This document shows positions 14,001 through 28,737 of a stretch of DNA of 64,000 nt, in pieces; the first letter of the stretch is position 1; the number at the start of each line of letters is the position of its first letter. The stretch covers positions 40,300,001-40,364,000 of the forward strand of contig NC_043006.1 in assembly GCF_006345805.1 (NCBI RefSeq). Direction: 5' to 3'. Both the position numbers and the translations under genes were made by a program. A model generated the notes under the pieces. The model was not told where the DNA came from. It was given only the letters and a program-made list of their open reading frames with translations, and searched no databases. The stretch is from Octopus sinensis (lineage: Eukaryota).

Positions 14001-17000
14001 GGTTCACTTCTAATATCAGGGGGGTGATCAGGTGATATACAGAAAACATGGGTGAGTTAAAATGAAAATAACTAGAAAGAAAAGAATAAAGGAAAATTAA
14101 ACTGTTTATAAAGGCACAGTAAAGAATTTGGATGGCAGAGTGAAAAGGGTAGTTTAGGCCCGGATTCGGTTGTGGGGTAAGAACGAGGCTTCCTGACATG
14201 TTCCTGTAGTAGCATTCATCCACATGGATCAAGATGACTCCAGCCAACAGGTTCACCAGGTCCTTCATGAGTGCTGACTGCAATGTTTAGGCATAGAGTT
14301 CATGTTTGGGATTTCAGCAGGAATGCAGGTTCACATATGGTCCTGTGAATTGGTCCTGTATTCACACTTTGGGATTGCATGATCGGTAGCAGCTCAACTT
14401 GTTGACTATCAACCATCACTGAAAATTTGCTGATCAAGTCACCACTGATTACTGGGGCAGATGTAGCCTGTCTTTGAAGTGGGCTCTAGAGACATGCTTT
14501 AACAAAAGCTAAGGGGAGCTTGGAATTTCTGAGGGTTCAGACCAACTGCTTGGCACCCTGCGCAAATGTCATCTAATTTAGTCCCAGGCCAAACAAAGCT
14601 TTTATAAATGGCAACTGTTGTATATATGTATATGCGTGTATATGTGTCAGTGTTACAGTTTCCTTGCTTTGATGTCATGTGATAGTTGTAAATGAGTGTC
14701 ACCACCACACATTCGGGGTCCATTTCCAATCTCATAAGGAAACTTGTCTGGTCATGTCAAACCGTCCAACCCATGCCAGCACAGAATGCGTTAAACGATG
14801 ATGACGACTTGAATCTCAGCTCAGATGTATAATTATAATTTGGTCAACAAGTTGTCTCATTCAGTGTATCTTACTTTCCAAGTGTAGTGAATCCCAGTTA
14901 AGTAAATCAAGGGAGGTTATTCTCTTATTTACAAATCAAGTTACTTCCCTTACAATGGCTAAAACAAAGCTAGACATGGTAACATAATTTCATTAGTATT
15001 TCCTATCGAAAAGGTGATTTATTTTAATAAGAATATGAGTTAGAAACCAATATTAATTAAAAATCTAATGGCTTCGGGAATGTCTCATTAAAGATTAGCT
15101 CTAAAATCGAATTACGTGAATCTCAGAATTATCGAGAATTTTAAAATATTCCTGTCACGTACCATTAACTCTAATTAATATGCACACAAACCATGAAACC
15201 ATTTAGGATACAAATTACTTTATCAAATATAATGCTTTTTTATTCACATTGTTTTGAATTAATCATGCTTTATCTCATTGCTTCGAAAATCGATGATGTG
15301 ACTGCTTATTTTTGAAATGACCTTGTAGGGTAGGTGCAAGAGGCCTGGCTTCTCCTGGCTGGTTTGAATATAGAACAGGGAGAATTTTGGCAGCCGGCCA
15401 GATAGGGCCAGTTTAAATGCTAATCTAATGGGTTACTGGAAAAACAAATGGAAGGCGGCGAGCTGGCAGAAACGTTAGCATGCCGGGCGAAATGCGTAGC
15501 CATATTTCGTCTGCCGTTACGTTCTGAGTTCAAATTCCGCCGAGGTAGACTTTGCCCTTCATCCTTTCGGGGGTCGATACATTAAGTACCAGTTGCGTAC
15601 TGGGATCGATCTTATCGACTGGACCCCTCCCAAATAATTCCGGGCCTTGTGCCTAGAGTAGAAAGGAAAAACAAAACGGGTTCCCCGGGTTACCTTTTTT
15701 CCTTTCTATAAATAACTTTCTGTGCTGGTTTTAAAGCAGACATGCTAAATAAAGAACAATGTGTATAGGTTCTGGATGTGGGTATAGGGGACGGGTGGGA
15801 AGACTAGGCTGTCACAGCTGGAGCATCATTGATTCTAGTTGACCTTGACAGCAGCTGACATTAGGTTAAAACCATCACCACTATATAACTGCTGCTGCTA
15901 CTACTACAAGTTTGTCCTTTGTTTTGCTGTTACGTTCTGCTGCTTGAAAATTCAATATAAGTGGGGGAGGTGGTGGTGCAGCAGCTGTTGTTTAGTGTTG
16001 TCCAACTTTCACAACATGGTGGATTATGAGTTTTGCACCACAGCAGTTGTAAATGAGTATCGTCATGATCATCATCATCATACAAGCAAGGTAGTTCGTT
16101 TTTGGCTGTTGCAGAGGACACGAACCCAGAATCTCTGAGGGCACATGCTTCGACAATGAAGATCATTTACAACCGTTATTTAATGCCAGCGCCGGTTTGC
16201 CTGGCTTCTGTGCCGGTGGCACGTAAAAAGCACCATCCGAACTTGGCCGATGCCAGTGCCGCCTTCACTGGCTTCTGTGCCGGTGGCACGTAAAAAGCAC
16301 CAACCGATCGTGGCCGATGCCAGGCTCCCCTGGCACCTGTGCCGGTGGCATGTAAAAAGCACCCACTATACTCTTGGAGTGGTTGGCGTTAGGAAGGGCA
16401 TCCAGCTGTAGAAACACTGCCAGATCAGACTGGATCCTGGTGCAGCCTCCTGGCTTCCCAGACCCCGGTCGAACCGTCCAACCCATGCTAGCATGGAAAA
16501 TGGACGTTAAACGATGATGATGATGATGAGACAACATGAGTTGCAAATGGGTATCACCATTGTCATACAAGCAAAGTTGTTCATTTTTGACTGTTGCAGA
16601 GAACGTGTCGACCAAGTCACCACTGATTACTGGAGCAGACATTGCTTGATTTGAAGTGAGTCAGGCTTTAACAAAAGCTAAGGAGTACCTCAATCTCAGT
16701 AGTCATCCAGTATTCCGGACATTGACCCAGAATCTCTGAGGGCATATGCTTCGACAATGAGAGTCATTTGGAACCATTATTTGATGTCTAGATGACACGA
16801 GTTGCTAATGAGTATCACCATTGTTATACAAGCAAGGTAGTTCGTTTATAGACGTCTGTGAAAATTATGTCTAGTTAAGGGAAATGTCTAGTTAATGCTC
16901 ATAACAGGAAGGTCATTTGGCTGTAGAAAATCTGCCTCAACAGATTCCATTTGACCCCATCACAAGCATGAAAAAGTGGATGCTAAATAATGATGTGTAT

Positions 17001-20000
17001 ACAGGCTTGGCCAAAAGTCACCTGACAGTAAATAAAAACCATTTAATTCCAAGATTTATTTATATTAACAACTGAATGAATTTAATAACAGCATCTAAAC
17101 AGAAAACATCACGAAAATTCTTCAAACTGAAGTCCTTCTTGAGTGACACATTTTCATGTACAAATCAATACAGAATTACAAAATTCACAACATCAAAATC
17201 TCGAAGCTATGGGATAATACGTGATTAATTCAAAGCAATGTGAATAAATAGGTATTAGATTTGATGGAGTAGTTTGGATGCTTAAAGGTTAAATGCAAGG
17301 GAGTAAATGCTCTCAGATGCTGTCAGAACTGAGATGAAATCTTCCTATCAAAGAGGAGAATGATCACATGAAAGGCTGTGGAAACAGAAAAGAGAAACAT
17401 AGAGCAAAAGAAAAGCGAAACAAACTTACCACAAACCAGTATCGTTTTTCAAGGAAGCGACTGTTGGGCCACATTCTCTTGTAGTACATTGACATTAAGC
17501 AACCAATAGGAGCACAGACTATCCAGGCCAATATCATCAGAATTACTGCAAAAAAACACAATAATATAGGAAGAATATCTGAGAAAATGTTCGTCTTTTA
17601 AATGAGAGCATGTTATTTCGTCATAGGGACACAGATGCTGAGTCGGATATGTCCTTAAATGAGATCAAGAAAGCGAATGTATGGTGGCACTAAAGTGGCA
17701 GCCTGAAGAGAAAAGAGCAGCAGGGCACTCTACAGCCACATAAAGGAGCATTGGCAAGGAAAGGACAGAAGGGTGGAGAAGCTGGAATGGGACCAGAACA
17801 GTCACAGAAAACAAAGCTGGTTGGAGAGATTGTATTGCAGCCTTATGTGCTTCATAGTACAGAGAGAACTAATTAATCAAATGATAATATGCTAACAGTA
17901 GCAGGTCTTAGCCAGAGTTATTGATACCCGACTTGGTTGTAGTTTAGTAGTTTGTGAAGAGTTTCAATGTTTTAGTGCTGTCGTTCATGAATCAGGAAGG
18001 AGAATTGTGAGATTGTTTCTTTGATATGTACTGTAACTGTGCCGGTGGCACGTAAAAAGCACCCACTATACTCTTGGAGTGGTTGGTGTTAGGAAGGGCA
18101 TCCAGCTGTAGAAACCTTGTCAGATCAGACTGGAACCTGGTGCAGCCTCCTGGCTCGCCAGTCCCCAGTCAAACCATCCAACCCATGCCAGCATGGAAAG
18201 CAGATGTTAAACAATGAAGATGATGATGATGATGATGGTTGTGTTTCCGAGCTATTGAAAGAGAGAGACTTCATTGAAGTGACCCATTTAAAAGATGTCA
18301 TGATAAGCAATGCAGGGTTTGGCAGGATATGAAAATCAAAATCAAAAGCAAATCAAGATCGAAATCAAAATGGAAATAGTTGTTGTGACCAATGCCAGTG
18401 CCACCTGACTGGCACTCGTGCTGGTGGCATGTAATAAGCACCACTCAAGTGTGGGTCAATGCCAATACCGCCTGACTGGCTTCCTGTGCTGGTGGCACAT
18501 AATAAGCACCAACTGAACGAGGTTGATGCCAGTGCCACGTGACTGACTCCCCATGCTGGTGACATGTAAAAAAACACCCACTACACTCTCAGAATGGTTG
18601 GCATTAGGAAGGGCATCCAGCTGTAGACACCTCGCCAAATTAAATTGGAGCCTGGTGCAGCCAACTGGATTTCAAATTGAAGTTATAGCTACAAAACATA
18701 CATAGTCTTTTTATTTATTATATACTGTTTATTTATTATTATGTACTTTTTGTGATCTAGATATATGTTTTATCATATATTTCATTTTTTCTATATGATA
18801 TGGTTTATGGCTATCATTGTTTGAATTACATGATAGTGGTTTTTCTTTAATTTTTATATATTATATATTTATATTGTGAAATTTGATTTAATGCTAAATT
18901 GAATTTTTCCCTGTAAGTTTGGAGTTATACTCTCTATTATTATTATTATTATTATTATCATTATTATTACATATATATACGACAGACTTCTTTCAGTTTC
19001 TGTCTACCAAATCCACTCACAAGGCTTTGGTCAGCCCAAGACAATAGTAGAAAACACTTGTCCAAGGTGCCACACAGTGGGACTGAACCTGGAACCATGT
19101 GGTTCATAAGCAAGCTGCTTCCCACACAGCCACTCCTACGCCTAGTAGTATATAATGAGACAAAAGCTACCCAGATATATAATAGAAAATCTTATCATGA
19201 TTCCTTTTGCATGGGATTGCCATACAAGGATGGGCCAAGTAGATCATCACAGTCCCAAGTCAGTTCATATTCAGATTTACTCCACACCTGGACAGGTGAG
19301 ACACCCATGTCTTACTTGTTATTAAGATTTGGTGAAAAGGATCGTTTATATCACTACTTACCATGAGTTTTAGCAATGGGGTATCTTGAAATACCAGAGA
19401 TATCATCCGTTTCTGACATGTCCACTTCTTCCACTGAGACAATTGGTACACGACCAATGCCAAGACCATGTTCTGTCTTCTTACCTGGAATACAAGAATG
19501 CAGAGTCAGTTAAACTATTATTCTTATCAGTATAATCAGAACTAAAACAACCTACCACTTCTACTACTACTGCTTATAACAACAACAACAACTACAAACT
19601 ATAATCACTGTTGTCTCTATCACAAACATCACCCCAAACTACTAAAAATTTCACATCATTTCAAACACTGCTACAATCCAGTCTGTGGGACACCACCAAA
19701 TTCTTAATCAGTGAATTCCTCCACCTCAATCTCACTATGTAATAATTAGTTCCATGCTGTCGTCCTCATCGTCATTATAATTACAGTAATTCCTCGACTA
19801 TTGCAGGTGTTACATTCGAAGACCCCACCTGTGATAGGTGAAAATCCGTGAAGTAGAAACAGTACTCTACTTATTCTTTTACTTGTTACAGTCATTTGAC
19901 TGTGGCCATCCTGGAGCACTGTATTTTAGTTGAACCAATTGACCTCAGGACTTATTCTTTGTAAGCCTAGTACTTATTCTATCTGTCTCCTTTGCCAAAC

Positions 20001-23000
20001 CGCTAAGTTACGGGGTCGTAAACACACCCGCATCGTTTGTCAAGCGATGTTGGGGGGACAAACACAAACACAGAAACATATACACACACACACACACACA
20101 TACCAATATATATATACATGACAGGCTTGTTTCATTTTCCGTCTACCAAATCCACTCGCAAGGCTTTGGTCGGCCCGAGGCTATAGTAGAAGACACTTGC
20201 CCAAGGTGCCATGCAGTGGGACTGAACCCAGAACCATGTGGTATATATACAGTAATCCCTTGGCTATCATGGGTGTTACATTCCAACTCCCACCAACCCC
20301 CATGATAGGTGAAAATCCGAAGTAGAAATAGTACTGTACTGTACACTCTTTTTTTTTTATATAATTTGTATATATTTAATTATAAATGCAAAACAACACC
20401 ACAGAGGAATCAACGTAAGCTTAAATAATAAGGATATATGAGAAGTGGGGGTGCTGAAAAGTTCCTGGCTTTGGGTAAAAGAAAATACAGGAGAATCAAT
20501 TAATTATAATTTTATTCAACATATTCCCCTCTCGAATTCACATACTCATTGCAGTCATCCTTCAGTTTTTCTAAGCCTTGTAAAAGAACTCGGAAGGTTG
20601 GATCACCAACCAGGCCTTTCATAAAACCCTTAAAGCTAGGAACTTTACAGCACCCCCTCGTAAGTATATCTGGTCTACCCTTCATACAACAATAAAAACA
20701 CTGTAGATACATCCTATTATTACTACTTTTGTTATTGTTGTTGTTGTTTAATGCCACATCAGCCCTGATCAAGCAAGATGATCTGGCTTTACCCATACTC
20801 GTCGTAATATTCAGATAAAGTGTATTCAAGACTCTTATCCAATGTGTCCTTTTTTTTATAATACAATAGAATGATGACCCCTTAAACAGTGTGGCATGGC
20901 ACACACTATTTGGTGGTAAGGCTCCAGTTCAGGAATATAGAGGAGTATGGAATTATCCTTAGCCACCACAATTCTTAGATTCCAAGCAAAGAAAGCTATT
21001 ACTTCCTTACCATGAAGGAATGTGATGATTCTGGTTTCTTACCAAGAAAGGAATGCCTGATTCCCTTTTAATAAAGGAGATACATCAGATTCCTAGCTAG
21101 AAAAATTGGAGTTCCCAGTTCTCTTCCAAGAAAGGAGATCCAGGAACTCCCTACCAAAAGAAGGATCTCCTAGATTGCAGCCAAAAAGAGAATCCTGGTT
21201 GCCTACCAAGAGACCCTCATTCCCCACAAAGAAAAAAAAAGGATTACCTAGTTTACACAAAAAAGGATACCTAGTAGGAGTACCCTACAAAATAAATGTA
21301 CCTAGTACTTTGTTCTAAGACAGCATGCTCCTGTCTTCCTATCAATCTCCATGATTCCCACCAAAAATGGAGCTGCTCCTGATTGGTAATGTCTTGGTAG
21401 GGCCATCTCACAAGGAGATATTGTACGGGTTTGGGTTCTCTGATGGTCTTAAAGAGAGAAATCTGAACTTACCGTCCCATGCTTTACCTCCGCCCAACAA
21501 GACGTGCCATTTGCCTTCCTTCAACATGTAGTCATGTTTGTTGCCAGCACTTTTCTGGATACGGAACAAGCATCGTAGACGGTTGTTGTAGTGGGATCCA
21601 GTTTCAAAGACAATTCCTTTTTTGGGCTGATGGAGAGAGAGAGAGAGAGATTATGAAAATATGAGACACAAGGAAGACGGAAAGAGAAGGAAACAGAAGG
21701 ACAGAGAAAAGAATTAAAAAGAGCAAGAAAAGAGGAGAGAGGATGAATAAGAGACAAAAAGAGCAAGAAGGGAGAGAAAGAGAGAGATAAAGGCATAAGG
21801 AAGAAGTGAAAGAAGAAAATAGGGGAGAAGTGAAAAGAAAGAGAAAGAGAAACGAGTAGAAAGTGAAGAGAAAAAATTAACAATAGTTGGTGATATTAAA
21901 GATGTTTTATTAAAATAGTTTGATTAATTGAGTGAATTTTAATAATTTCCGTGGTCAGTCTGTGACTTAATATAAGTAAGACCAGTTCTGACCATTGTTG
22001 TGCTCAATATGTGACTAAATATTATGTATCCTATATACATTAGTTGGACTGATGTCATCTTAATTGTTGCTTTCACCACATTTCAGCTGTTGTTTGCTTC
22101 AGCCTTCTTCAGGTAACTTCAGGAGTTGAATTCGGTTGTAATTTCAACAGAAGACACTTGAAGAAGGCTGGAGAAAGTAACAGCCAAACCATAGTGAAAG
22201 CAACAGTCAAAATGAGAACACCAGTCCAATAAATATAAACAGGATACACATAATAAATTCCTCATCTTAGAAATATAGAATTACATGTGTCTAAATATAT
22301 CAGAACCAGATCTCTTAATTACCTGTGATTTTTGTGTGATTGAGTGCATTAGGGGACGAGTCCTGGTTACATAACAATCAGTATTGGCTAGTAATTTATT
22401 TGTCCTTTTGGTCAATATTTGGGACACTGACCACACAGCAAATAGCTAACCAGTCTCCCAGTTTCCATCACCCCTCCTCCAGTGAGATTGTGGAAAATCT
22501 GAAATAATCAACTTGGGTCTATTACCACTACTACAGGAAGGACTGCTGCCACAGGGCCATAACCATGACCACAGAGCTTTTGGCACAACAAGGTTATCAC
22601 CCCCACCACTACTTAGATATAATGTAGAGTGTCATCATCACCAGCACCACCACCACCACCACCATTTAACATCTGTTTTCCATGCTGGCATGGGTTGGAT
22701 GGCTTGACAGGAACTTGCAAGGCTAGGAGCCACATCAGGTTCCATTGTCTGTTTTGGCATGGTTTCTAAGGCCGGATGCCCTTCCTAATACCAACCACTT
22801 CATAAAGCGCACTGGGTGTTTTTTATGTGGCACCAGCACCAGTGTTATCATCATCATAATTGTTTAACGTCCGTTTTCCATGCTAGCATGGGTTGGACAG
22901 TTCAACCGGGGTCTGGGAAGCCAGGAGGCTGCACCAGGCTCCAGTCCGATCTGGCAGTGTTTCTACAGCTGGATGCCCTTCCTAATGCCAACCACTCCAT

Positions 23001-23878
23001 GAGTGTAGTAGGTGCTGTTTACGTGCCACCAGCACAGGGATCAGAGGAGACTGGCAACGTCCACAATCGGTTTGTTCTTTTTATGTGTCCACCAGCAAGG
23101 ACACCAGTTAAGTCAAAAAAATAAATGGATCTAAGGTCCTTCCCAAAATATAGGCTCGTGAAGCTGGTTTCTAAGATTCTGCAGTGTATGTATTCTCTCC
23201 TTGGATAGGATACCAGTCTCTCACAGGAATACTCATTTTTCCCAGATGAATAGACTAGAGCAACGAGAAATGAAGTGTTTTGCTCAAGAACACAATGTGT
23301 TAGCCAGGAATCGAAACCACAATCTTACAATCATGGGTGCAACACTCCTAACCTCTAAGTCATATGCCTCCACAGTGTGTGATGTGGTGGTTATGATATA
23401 ACTGGTTGGCCTATTAGATAATGGTGTGTGGGAGGAGGGATGGTCACAAGGGAGAAAGACGAAAAAGAAAGCAAAGGAGAGAAGGAAAGTGAGAAAGAAG
23501 GAAAACGAGAACAAAAAGGAAAGAAAGAAAGAAAACAAGGACAGGTGAAACGGAAGTAAAATGTGGAAGAACAAGAAAATGAAGAAAGAACAACAACAAA
23601 AAGAAGAATTAGAACAAAAAGAAAGAAAACGGGATGGACAGAAAAAAATGACAACAAAAATAAGAACTAAACAAACAGTAGTAGTGGTGGTGGTGGTGGT
23701 AGTGGTGATGGTGGCAGAGGTGGTGGTGGTAGTAGTAGTAGTAGTGATGGTAACAGTGGTGGTGGTGGTGGTGGTGGCAGTAGTAGTAGCAGTAGTGAAG
23801 GTGGTGGTAATAGTGGTGGTTGTGGTGGTAGTAGTGGTGGTGGTAGTAGTAGTGGTGGTGGTGGTAGTAATGGTGATG

Positions 23879-23920
<42 letters not shown>

Positions 23921-26900
23921 ATGGTAACAGTGGTGGTGGTGGCAGTAGTAGTAGCAGTAGTGAAGGTGGTGGTAATAGTGGTAGTTGTGGTGCTAGTGGT
24001 GGTGGTGTAGTAGTAGTGGTTGTAATAGTAGTAGTAGTGGTGGTGGTGGTGGTTGTAATAATGGTGGTATGGTAGTGGTACCGAGAGAAGTAGCAGACAA
24101 AGCTATGAAGTGGGCACCAAGTGATCTGAACTACCCAGGTGCATTATTAACGTAGTCAATGATAAATACCCTGGATACTACGATATACCAACTTGTATCC
24201 TATAATGTTATTGGAATCTATTGACATATATTGGAAGATGGCCAAAAACATTGATGTTCTTTGCAGAGATTAAGGATTTGAAACGATTGAGAAATTCTGT
24301 TGAAATTGGTTGATTCCAAGCCAATCACTTGTGTTTCGACATGTCTGTATAAACTTTCAATAATTCTTTGACATCTTGGAAGGTGGCCAAACGTCGTTAA
24401 ACTTGTACTTTTACAGGAAGTGCGGTGAGAATAGAATGGTAGGATGGCAGGAAGTGTAGGGTATCTGATTTAATTGCCAAATAGCATTTACATTACGTCC
24501 TTCTATGTTCTGAGTTCAAATCTTGCAAGAACCAACCAACCAACCAGCAAACCCTTATGTTCCTCTTAAACTAAAAAAAATAAGTATCAGTAATATACTG
24601 GGGTTAGTCCAGTCAATAATATATGGTATTTACCAGTATATAAAAATGCACCCCTATAATAAAACTATAATTTGTAAAAGAAACAATTTTAGTATGCTCC
24701 TTCATATGCTTTATTGAAAGATATTTTGACCCTCTCAGACCTAGGCCCTTGTGTCTAACTACCCTCCACCTGTGCTGCTGAACAAACCATATAAATAGTT
24801 TTAAATACAGCTCAAGAGTAATGAGTGCATGCACACTAATAGATAGAATCACAAAAAAATTCAGGAGAATAATAATAATAATAATAGGTCTATCTCTCAA
24901 CTACTGTATATGTACGGCAAACTAATGGACAGAACCACAAGAAAATTCAGAGTAAAACGATAATAGGCCTTTCTCTTAACTATCATATTTGTTGACTCAA
25001 ATCGCTACTTCCCTCATTTTCACCAGTTTGATTGTCCAAATCACTCACTGCCAGTGTAAGTGTATTCCTAAAGAAGAAATATCATCAATAATTTCCTCAA
25101 CTGCAGTGACTCTAAATTCGTTGGAACCTATATATTTTGAAGACAAAATGTTTTGTAGTATTGGTAAATTGCATCCAACATCCATCATGGATGACCTAGC
25201 ATTTTGCTTGACCAGTGGGTCGCTGAAATAACCACTTTACCGGGGTTTATTTTATGAGACCCTACAATGACAACATTCATACAGAAATTGCTACAAAGAT
25301 CCAAAGAAACTAAAAAAGGGACCTATTGGTATTCTTTTTTTTACTTTGGATGGTCAAACCCCCTCAAAACAAAACCACTTAGAATTACTGAGTTTACAGA
25401 AGCCCATGTGGCTGCTTTGAGGGAGAGTGCATTGGCCAAGTGGTTAGGGCGTGGTACTCACGATCACAAGATCATGGTTTCAGTTTCCAGACCAGGTTGT
25501 TACATTTGTGTTCTTGAGCAAAACACTTCATTCTTTATTTTGTTGGCCCAGTCCACTCAGCTGTAAATGAGTAACCCTGAGGCAGACTGGTATTCTATTC
25601 AGGGGTAAAGTTGTGATCTTGAACACTTGTGCACCACAGAAACCAGGTAACCAGACCTCTGAGTTCTGGGATTCACAAAAGTAATGTACTAGTGTTGAGG
25701 ACCATGATGAAATGGTCACTTAACCCTTTTGTTACCATATTTCTGTTGAGATGCTCTGTGTTTCTTTCAATTAATTCTAAATATAACAGAATTTAGTAAA
25801 ATAACTTAGTTATCATTCAGCTAGTATTAGGAACATAAATTGTGACTAAGGTTTGGTGGAAGATTTTAATTCAAAACTTCTGAAAGCAAGACATTTGTAC
25901 TACAGAGCCAGAAGTGGTTTCAGCCAGGTTAGTATCAAAAGGGCTAAGAATATTGTTTCTCTGTTATATATTTTAACTCTTTTGTTACCATATTTATTTT
26001 GGAATGCTCTGTGTTTCTTTCAATTAATTTTAAATATAACAAAGAATTTAGTAAAATAACTTAGTTATCATTCAGCTAGTATTAGGAACATAAATTATGG
26101 TTAAGGTTTGGTGGAAGATTTTAATTCAAAACTTATGAAAACAAGACATTTGTACCACAGAGACAGAGGCAGTTTTAGGTGGGTTGGTATCAAAAAGGTT
26201 AAAGCAAAAGGTTTGTTGAGTAACACTGGGCCCTATGGCTAAACAACAGACAACTGAAGAGGTGGCAAAAGTGACACACTGATAACTGTGGAACTTATGT
26301 ACTGGGCCTGAGATGATAAAAAAAAAAAATCAAATGATCATGGTTGGAGAGCCTTTAATTACAGGTCGACTTAATTGAGGATGGTCCACAGTTTAACCCT
26401 TTAGTATTCAGATTACCATCATCATCATCTTTTAGTGTTTATTTTCCAAACTGACACGGGTTAGACAGTTTGACAAGAGGTGGTCAGTTGGAGAGCTGCC
26501 CCAGGCTCCAGTCTGTTTTTGGTTTGGTTCCTTCAGCTGGATGCCATTCCTAATGTAAACCACTCCATAGAAAGTGGTGGGTGCCTTTTACATGTCACCA
26601 GTACTGGCCACAACTACAATTTCACTCAGCCTGATATCTTTTCAAGCACAGCAAATCACCAAACTTCTCAGCCACTTGTCATCGCCTCCATGAGACACAC
26701 ATCTGAAGATCATCATCATCATCATCATCAATGATTTAACATCCGTTTTCCATGCTAGCATGGGTTGGCAGGTTCGACCAGGATCTGGGAAGCCAGGATG
26801 CTGCACCAGGCTCCAGTCTGATCTGGCAGTGTTTCTACAGCTGGATGCCCTTCCTAATGCCAACCACTCCGTGAGTGTAGTGGGTGCTTTTTACATGCCA

Positions 26901-27828
26901 CCGGCACGGAAGCCCGTCAAGGTGGCGCTAGCATCAGCCATGTTCGGATGGTGCTTTTTTATGTGCCACCGGCACAGGTATCAAAACTCGTCAACTGTTA
27001 TTGACATTATTTTGAATTAATCATAAATTATTTTGTGATTGGCTACTTTTAGAATGACCTTGTACAGTGGGTGTGAGGGGCCAGCACTGGTCAGTTTTGA
27101 ACATAAAGCAGGTAGAATATTTTGGCCAGATCTGACCCAGTTTAAATGCTAAAAGCTAAAACAACAACATTAACTGGAAGTAGCTCTACTTACCTCGTCT
27201 AATTCCACGATATCGTTTACTCCTCTGATGTAGGAAAGTGAAACAGATACAACTCCATGTTTGAAATCCTCAATGCAGTCAAACGCATAGTCATCACCCT
27301 GGATAACAAAAAGAAACTCAAATTATCAGACATCATGGCTATCTTGGGTAGATACACACCTGCTGTCATTACCCCATCATCATCATCACCAACATTTTAA
27401 CATCCACTTTTTAATGTTTGTATGGGTTCTAGGGAATTTTTTTTTAAGTAGATTTTTCTACAGCCAGATGCCTTTCCCATCACCAACCCTAACCTCTTTC
27501 CAAGCAAGGTAATATTTCCCTATGGCCAGACATGTTTTTATAGAAGACTGGAAAGAAACAACACTGCTTGTTTGACAGTGACACTCATTTACAACTATCA
27601 CACAATATCAATTCAAAGAAACACACACACACACACACATATATAGGGATGTGTGTGTGTGTGTACATACATAATGTCCGCCTTCCGTGCTGGCCTAGGT
27701 TGGATGGGTTGACAGGTGTGGGCAGGGTAGAAGACAAAACCAGACTTCTGCCTGTTTTCACTTAATTTTTACAGCTGGATGCCCTACCTAACATGAACCA
27801 CCCTGAAGAGTGGACTGAGTGCTTCACT

Positions 27829-27894
<66 letters not shown>

Positions 27895-28664
27895 ATTCAA
27901 ATAAGAATGGGGAAAATTCTTCAAAGTGTTGCCCCAGCATGGTCGCAGTCTAATGACTGAAACAAAATACGAATTAAAAATTAGACCATGGAAACTTAGG
28001 AAAGCTCTGGCATAAAAAGTGAAGCACAACAGATACAAAAAAAATAATAATAATAAAAAATAAAAATTACAAAAAAAACCCATCCCATTCATGGTGTGTT
28101 GTGGAAATATGCAGGGAAGTTAAAAATATATAAATATTTAAAAAATGGAAAAGAACAAAAAGAACAGCTCATAACGACAATGAGGTGGGAGTGCCAAAGG
28201 TGTTAGAGGGAAGAGTAGGAGGAGAGACAGATTGGAAATAAAAATGTAACAAATACATTCACAAAAAGAATCTCTCTGCAACAGATTAAAACACAAGAGA
28301 AACAGTCATGAGTCTTGCCTTTTCAGTTTTATCTTTATTTCATTTTATTTCACTCCAATATTTCAGAAAACAATGGAGGCACATGGCACAGTGGTCGGGG
28401 TGTTGGTTTTGATTCCCTGGACTGGGCAACGTATTGTGTTCTTGAGCAAAACACTTCATTTCACATTGCTGTGGAGGTGCATGGCTTAGTGGTTAGGGTG
28501 TTGGACACATGATCCTAAGATCGTGGTTTCAATTCCTGGACCGGGCAACGCATTGTGTTCTTGAGCAAAACACTTCATTTCATTTTGCTCCAGTCCACTC
28601 AGCTGGCAAAAATGAGGAATCCTGCAACAGACCATCCTCCTCTCTATGTAGGAATATATATACG

Positions 28665-28737
<73 letters not shown>

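Noticed and set aside
14150-14600. Higher-complexity segment partly repeated at ~16600-16790
   Set aside because: Probably an old TE fragment, but I could not recognise any motif to classify it.
23561-24010. 149-aa poly-Val ORF
   Set aside because: Translation of a (GTG/GTA)n microsatellite.
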